Shown: positions 59,717-64,000 of the stretch, piece after piece
Numbering within the stretch: the stretch's first letter is position 1
Layout: every line of letters begins with the position of its first letter
NCBI GenBank assembly: GCA_963169745.1
Contig: CAUJCU010000024.1
Coordinates: 80,842-144,841 of the forward strand
Direction: 5' to 3'
DNA from: Bacteroidota bacterium
GTDB lineage: Bacteria; Bacteroidota; Bacteroidia; UBA4408
Length of the DNA stretch: 64,000 nucleotides
Program-made: the position numbers and the translations under genes
Notes under the pieces: generated by a model
What the model was told of the DNA's origin: nothing
Database searches by the model: none
What the model saw: the letters and a program-made list of their open reading frames with translations, nothing else

Positions 59717-62356
59717 ATGAATCTTAATAATTTAACCATTAAATCGCAAGAAGCCGTTCAACAAGCTTTACAAATAGCAGCAGCTCATTCTCAGCAGGCT
59801 ATTGAAACCGGCCATATCCTAAAAGGAACTTTAGATGTGGACCCTAATGTAGTACCTTATCTCTTAAAAAAGCTGAATATTAACCCGGCTATGTTTACCA
59901 AGGTGCTTGATAAAATTATAGAAAGCTATCCTAGAGTAAGTGGTGCCGAGCCTTATTTATCATCCTCAGCAAATCAAGCAATTACAAAGGCTACTTCTAT
60001 CTGCAAAGAAATGGGCGATGAGTTTGTTTCTATCGAACACTTGTTTCTAGCCATACTAGCCGGTAAGGACACGGTATCGCAAATGATGAAAGATAACGGG
60101 ATTAATGAAAAAGAACTTAAAGCAGCTATTAACGAACTTAGAAAAGGTAAAAAAGTTACCAGTCAAACGGCCGAAGACACTTATAATTCATTGAACAAAT
60201 ATGCGGTCAATTTAATTGTTCAGGCACAAAAGGGGAAACTGGATCCAGTTATTGGCCGCGATGAAGAAATAAGAAGAGTGCTTCAAATATTGTCTCGCAG
60301 AACTAAAAATAATCCTATTTTGGTTGGTGAGCCTGGTGTTGGTAAAACAGCCATTGCCGAAGGGTTAGCACATAGAATTATAAATGGTGACGTTCCTGAA
60401 AATCTAAAAAGCAAACAACTCTTTGCTCTAGATATGGGAGCTTTGATTGCTGGTGCCAAATATAAAGGAGAATTTGAGGAAAGATTGAAATCGGTGGTTA
60501 AAGAAGTGGTATCCTCAGGCGGTGAAATTATACTTTTTATTGATGAGATTCATACCCTTGTGGGAGCCGGTGGAGGTGAAGGAGCGATGGATGCAGCAAA
60601 TATATTAAAACCCGCTTTAGCTCGTGGCGAGTTACGTGCCATCGGAGCAACCACCCTAAACGAGTTTCAAAAATACTTTGAGAAAGATAAAGCACTCGAA
60701 AGAAGATTTCAAAAAGTAATGGTTGATGAACCAAGTGCTGAAGATGCTATCTCTATTCTAAGAGGAATAAAAGAAAAATATGAAGCACACCATAAAGTGA
60801 GAATAAAAGATGAAGCTATTATTGCTGCTGTTGAGCTTTCGCAACGTTATATAAACGATAGGTTTTTGCCCGATAAGGCTATTGACTTGATGGACGAAGC
60901 AGCCTCAAAACTTAGAATGCAAATTAACTCAATGCCAATTGAATTAGATAATTTAGAACGAAGAATAAGACAATTGGAAATTGAACGCGAAGCAATTAAA
61001 CGTGAAAACGACACAAAAAAGCTGGATGACTTGAATCATGAAATCGCTGAACTCTCTGACCAAAGAACCGATTTAAAGGCGAAGTGGCAAAGTGAGAAAG
61101 AGGTCATTGAGAATATTCAAAAAGTAAAACAAGAAGTTGAAAGTTTAAAGTTTGAAGCCGAGCAAGCAGAACGTGCTGGTGATTATGGTAAAGTAGCCGA
61201 AATACGCTACGGAAAAATTCAAGAAGCCAATACTAAATTAAAAACTTTTGAAGATAAGGTGGCCGAAATGAAGGCCCAAGGCTCTCAGCTCATAAAGGAA
61301 GAAGTGGATAGCGAAGATATAGCAGGAGTTGTTGCCGGTTGGACTGGTATTCCAGTAACACGAATGTTACAAAGTGAAAGGGAAAAACTCTTACACCTTG
61401 AAACCGAATTACACCATAGAGTAGTAGGACAAGACGAAGCCATTGAGGCCATTAGTGATGCAGTAAGAAGGAGTAGAGCCGGGCTGCAGGATAATAAACG
61501 ACCAATAGGTTCATTTATTTTCTTAGGCTCAACTGGTGTGGGTAAAACAGAATTAGCCAAAGCTCTGGCCGAGTTTTTATTTAATAATGAAAACAGTATG
61601 ACACGTATTGACATGAGCGAATATCAAGAACGCCATGCTGTAAGCCGATTAGTTGGAGCACCTCCAGGATATGTAGGATATGATGAAGGCGGACAGCTAA
61701 CCGAAGCAGTTAGAAGAAAGCCATATAGTGTCGTATTGCTTGATGAAATTGAGAAAGCCCACCCGGATGTATTTAACATATTGCTACAAGTACTTGATGA
61801 TGGCCGTTTAACAGATAATAAAGGCCGTGTGGTGAATTTTAAAAATACCATCATTATTATGACTTCTAACATGGGCTCTCATTTAATTCAGGAAAATTTC
61901 GAACAAATTTTAGACGAGCATAACCACGAAAAGTATGAAAAAGTACTGGCAAGCACTAAGGCACAAGTTATGGAAATGCTGAAAAAATCAATCCGTCCTG
62001 AGTTCCTCAACCGTATTGATGAAACCATCATGTTTACTCCGCTTAATCGTGAAAATGTGCATCAGATAGTTGAAATGCAGTTTCGCCAGATAGCTGTTAA
62101 ATTGCTTGAAACAAATATTCATTTGGCAGCAACCCCTGAGGCTATTGACTGGTTGGCAAAATCAGGGTACGACCCTCAGTTTGGGGCACGTCCAATTAAA
62201 AGAATCATTCAGAAAAAGGTATTGAACGAACTATCCAAGCAACTATTAGCCGGTAAAATATCGAATGACGATAAAATAGTTCTCGATGTATTTAATAATG
62301 AATTTGTTTTCAGAAACCCAATAAATTCAGATAAAATAAGTTTTGTTGAACGTTAG
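59717..62356 (+). CDS. clpB: ATP-dependent chaperone ClpB
   Basis: 879 aa; Clp N domain, two AAA+ modules (Walker A 'GEPGVGKT' and 'GSTGVGKT'), long middle coiled coil. Confidence 0.95.
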   Translation: MNLNNLTIKSQEAVQQALQIAAAHSQQAIETGHILKGTLDVDPNVVPYLLKKLNINPAMFTKVLDKIIESYPRVSGAEPYLSSSANQAITKATSICKEMGDEFVSIEHLFLAILAGKDTVSQMMKDNGINEKELKAAINELRKGKKVTSQTAEDTYNSLNKYAVNLIVQAQKGKLDPVIGRDEEIRRVLQILSRRTKNNPILVGEPGVGKTAIAEGLAHRIINGDVPENLKSKQLFALDMGALIAGAKYKGEFEERLKSVVKEVVSSGGEIILFIDEIHTLVGAGGGEGAMDAANILKPALARGELRAIGATTLNEFQKYFEKDKALERRFQKVMVDEPSAEDAISILRGIKEKYEAHHKVRIKDEAIIAAVELSQRYINDRFLPDKAIDLMDEAASKLRMQINSMPIELDNLERRIRQLEIEREAIKRENDTKKLDDLNHEIAELSDQRTDLKAKWQSEKEVIENIQKVKQEVESLKFEAEQAERAGDYGKVAEIRYGKIQEANTKLKTFEDKVAEMKAQGSQLIKEEVDSEDIAGVVAGWTGIPVTRMLQSEREKLLHLETELHHRVVGQDEAIEAISDAVRRSRAGLQDNKRPIGSFIFLGSTGVGKTELAKALAEFLFNNENSMTRIDMSEYQERHAVSRLVGAPPGYVGYDEGGQLTEAVRRKPYSVVLLDEIEKAHPDVFNILLQVLDDGRLTDNKGRVVNFKNTIIIMTSNMGSHLIQENFEQILDEHNHEKYEKVLASTKAQVMEMLKKSIRPEFLNRIDETIMFTPLNRENVHQIVEMQFRQIAVKLLETNIHLAATPEAIDWLAKSGYDPQFGARPIKRIIQKKVLNELSKQLLAGKISNDDKIVLDVFNNEFVFRNPINSDKISFVER

Positions 62357-62428
62357 TTTGTGAATTATTGAATAAGGTACAATTTACGAATAAACTAAAA
62401 CGAGTAGATTAAAACTAGGCTATAAATA

Positions 62429-62464
62429 ACGAGCCGCTTACCGAAATCTCGGTAAGCGGCTCGT
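62429..62464. terminator. bidirectional rho-independent terminator between clpB and the 62490 gene
   Basis: perfect 16-bp stem ACGAGCCGCTTACCGA / TCGGTAAGCGGCTCGT with AATC loop, flanked by T-rich tracts. Confidence 0.7.
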
Positions 62465-62489
62465 TTGGATTAATTATTAAAACAAAATA

Positions 62490-62816
62490 TCAGGCAGCAT
62501 TTTGTTTTAGGGAAAAATAGCCATTTTCAACAAGTTGCAAATGACGCTCTAATGCTTCCTCCCATGAAGCATAATATTCTTTAATTACGTTTCTTCCGTT
62601 TATATTTCCTCCACGATAGTAAAAAACAGCAAAGGGCTTTATTTGGGGAACAAATTGATGATGTGCTATAAATCCGGTGCTTACCTTGTCGTTCATACAA
62701 CTTACATCTTGCAAACCCGTGTTATAATGGTGCCAATTGGTTTTAAGCCAGTTCTTATAGGTAAATTCATCAGCTTCTTCTATAAGGCCTTTGTTGTAAA
62801 TAAGGTACTTTTTCAT
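62490..62816 (-). CDS. hypothetical protein
   Basis: 108 aa; no signal peptide; no recognisable motif. Confidence 0.4.
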   Translation of the reverse strand: MKKYLIYNKGLIEEADEFTYKNWLKTNWHHYNTGLQDVSCMNDKVSTGFIAHHQFVPQIKPFAVFYYRGGNINGRNVIKEYYASWEEALERHLQLVENGYFSLKQNAA

Positions 62817-62907
62817 AATCCAAAATTTATTACTTGATTAAAATACAATCACTTTATAATTCTATAAGTGTACAAAATTTAATCAATTTTAAAAAGAAAA
62901 TTTATAG

Positions 62908-62933
62908 TTTTAACATATTTAAAAATGTTAAAA
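62908..62933. promoter_or_regulatory. 9-bp perfect inverted repeat TTTTAACAT-N8-ATGTTAAAA upstream of the 62490 gene
   Basis: read directly from the sequence; candidate operator. Confidence 0.35.
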
Positions 62934-63031
62934 TAAAATTCCTTTTATGCAACAAATTAATTTACAATAGATTTAGCTCAAATGTGAGTTTTTGAAAATA
63001 AAAAAATAAAGAAGAGGTAAATACCAAAAAG

Positions 63032-63985
63032 TTATTTTGGAAATTGAAGTGTTGCAATCTGGGATATGACTGAACTAAACTCGGCCATTATTTCCTGAAC
63101 TACCTGTGATGCAGGAACGATTTCTTTAATAAGTCCTGATACTTGACCAATTTCAAGTTCACCTTCATTTAAATCACCCTCAAACATACCTTTTTTAGCC
63201 CTACCGCGTCCTAATATTTCAAGAAGTTTTGTTTTGTCAGCTCCTGATTGATAGGCCGCTTCAAGTTGATTGTAAAATTCATTTTTAAGCAAACGTACTG
63301 GTGTAAGCTCTTTTAAAGTAAGCACAGTATCGCCCTCGGGGACTTGCAAAATACGTTCCTTAAAATTTTGATGTGCCGATGATTCATGGGTAGCTACAAA
63401 TCGGCTCCCAATTTGAACGGCATCAGCCCCTAAACAAAACATTGCTGCCATAGCAGCTCCTGTACCAATGCCTCCTGCTGCTATTAATGGAATAGAAGTA
63501 GCTTGGCGTACCATAGGTATTAAACAAAGTGTCGTAGTTTCTTCTCGTCCGTTATGACCCCCAGCCTCAAACCCTTCGGCTACTACAGCATCAACACCGG
63601 CTTCAATGCTTTTCAAAGCAAATTTAACATTGCTTACTACATGAACTACTTTAACCCCTTCTGCTTTTAAAATACCGGTCCAGGTCTTAGGGTTTCCTGC
63701 ACTACTAAATACAATGGGAACCTTTTCTTCAATAATGGTTTTAATATGCTCTTCAATATTGGGATAAAGTAGTGGTAGGTTAACACCAAAAGGGTTTTGT
63801 GTCGCTTTCTTACACTTCTGAACATGTGCTTTAAGTACATCTGGATACATGCTGCCACTGCCAATTAAGCCTAAACCTCCGGCATTACTCACAGCCGATG
63901 CCAATTCCCAGCCACTGCACCATATCATTCCGGCTTGTATAAGTGGATACTTAATTTGAAATAAAGAAGTAATACGGTTACTCAT
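63032..63985 (-). CDS. nitronate monooxygenase / FMN-dependent enoyl-ACP reductase (FabK-like) family
   Basis: 'LFQIKYPLIQAGMIWCSGWELASAVSNAGGLGLIGSG' TIM-barrel FMN oxidoreductase signature. Confidence 0.85.
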   Translation of the reverse strand: MSNRITSLFQIKYPLIQAGMIWCSGWELASAVSNAGGLGLIGSGSMYPDVLKAHVQKCKKATQNPFGVNLPLLYPNIEEHIKTIIEEKVPIVFSSAGNPKTWTGILKAEGVKVVHVVSNVKFALKSIEAGVDAVVAEGFEAGGHNGREETTTLCLIPMVRQATSIPLIAAGGIGTGAAMAAMFCLGADAVQIGSRFVATHESSAHQNFKERILQVPEGDTVLTLKELTPVRLLKNEFYNQLEAAYQSGADKTKLLEILGRGRAKKGMFEGDLNEGELEIGQVSGLIKEIVPASQVVQEIMAEFSSVISQIATLQFPK

Positions 63986-64000
63986 AGTAATTATTAAAAT

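Noticed and set aside
1-64000. CRISPR arrays, rRNA and tRNA genes
   Set aside because: No regularly spaced direct repeats and no rRNA/tRNA-like conserved blocks were seen. Every region over 300 bp without a protein ORF was inspected and looks like an AT-rich promoter or leader.

Overview
This 64 kb window is a low-GC (~38%) chromosomal segment from a Bacteroidota genome of the Flavobacteriia, Sphingobacteriia or Chitinophagia type. The assignment rests on at least seven secreted proteins that end in type IX secretion system (T9SS) C-terminal sorting domains, type A or type B. It also fits the broader gene content: SBBP beta-propeller repeats, a GEVED domain, a lamin-tail domain and a Reg_prop/Y_Y_Y sensor. 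Gene density is high and almost everything is protein-coding. I found no rRNA, tRNA or CRISPR. Recognisable housekeeping genes include folB, gmd, tilS, manC, gcvH, hldD, mgtE, ftn, dapA, kdsA, mdh, kbl, purH, clpB, recX and a nitronate monooxygenase. The accessory content is: (i) a decayed IS3-family element at 24522-25861 with an in-frame nonsense codon in orfA and further disruptions in orfB; (ii) immediately beside it, an SBBP-repeat T9SS cargo gene broken by an in-frame TAA and a frameshift; (iii) a tightly coupled minus-strand operon kdsA > T9SS beta-propeller cargo > SDR > class-III aminotransferase, joined by two ATGA overlaps; (iv) a compact module of envelope proteins: LolA-like, YidD-like with a signal peptide, and two tandem TPR-like membrane proteins; (v) a large Reg_prop/Y_Y_Y sensor fused to a SpoIIE/PP2C phosphatase, divergent from clpB; (vi) a 2457-aa GEVED/FN3-repeat T9SS adhesin behind a ~370 bp AT-rich leader. 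Several uncharacterised outer-membrane/lipoprotein pairs and short inverted or direct repeats in promoter regions are flagged as candidates. All domain calls below come from motif recognition in the supplied translations; none could be checked by database search.
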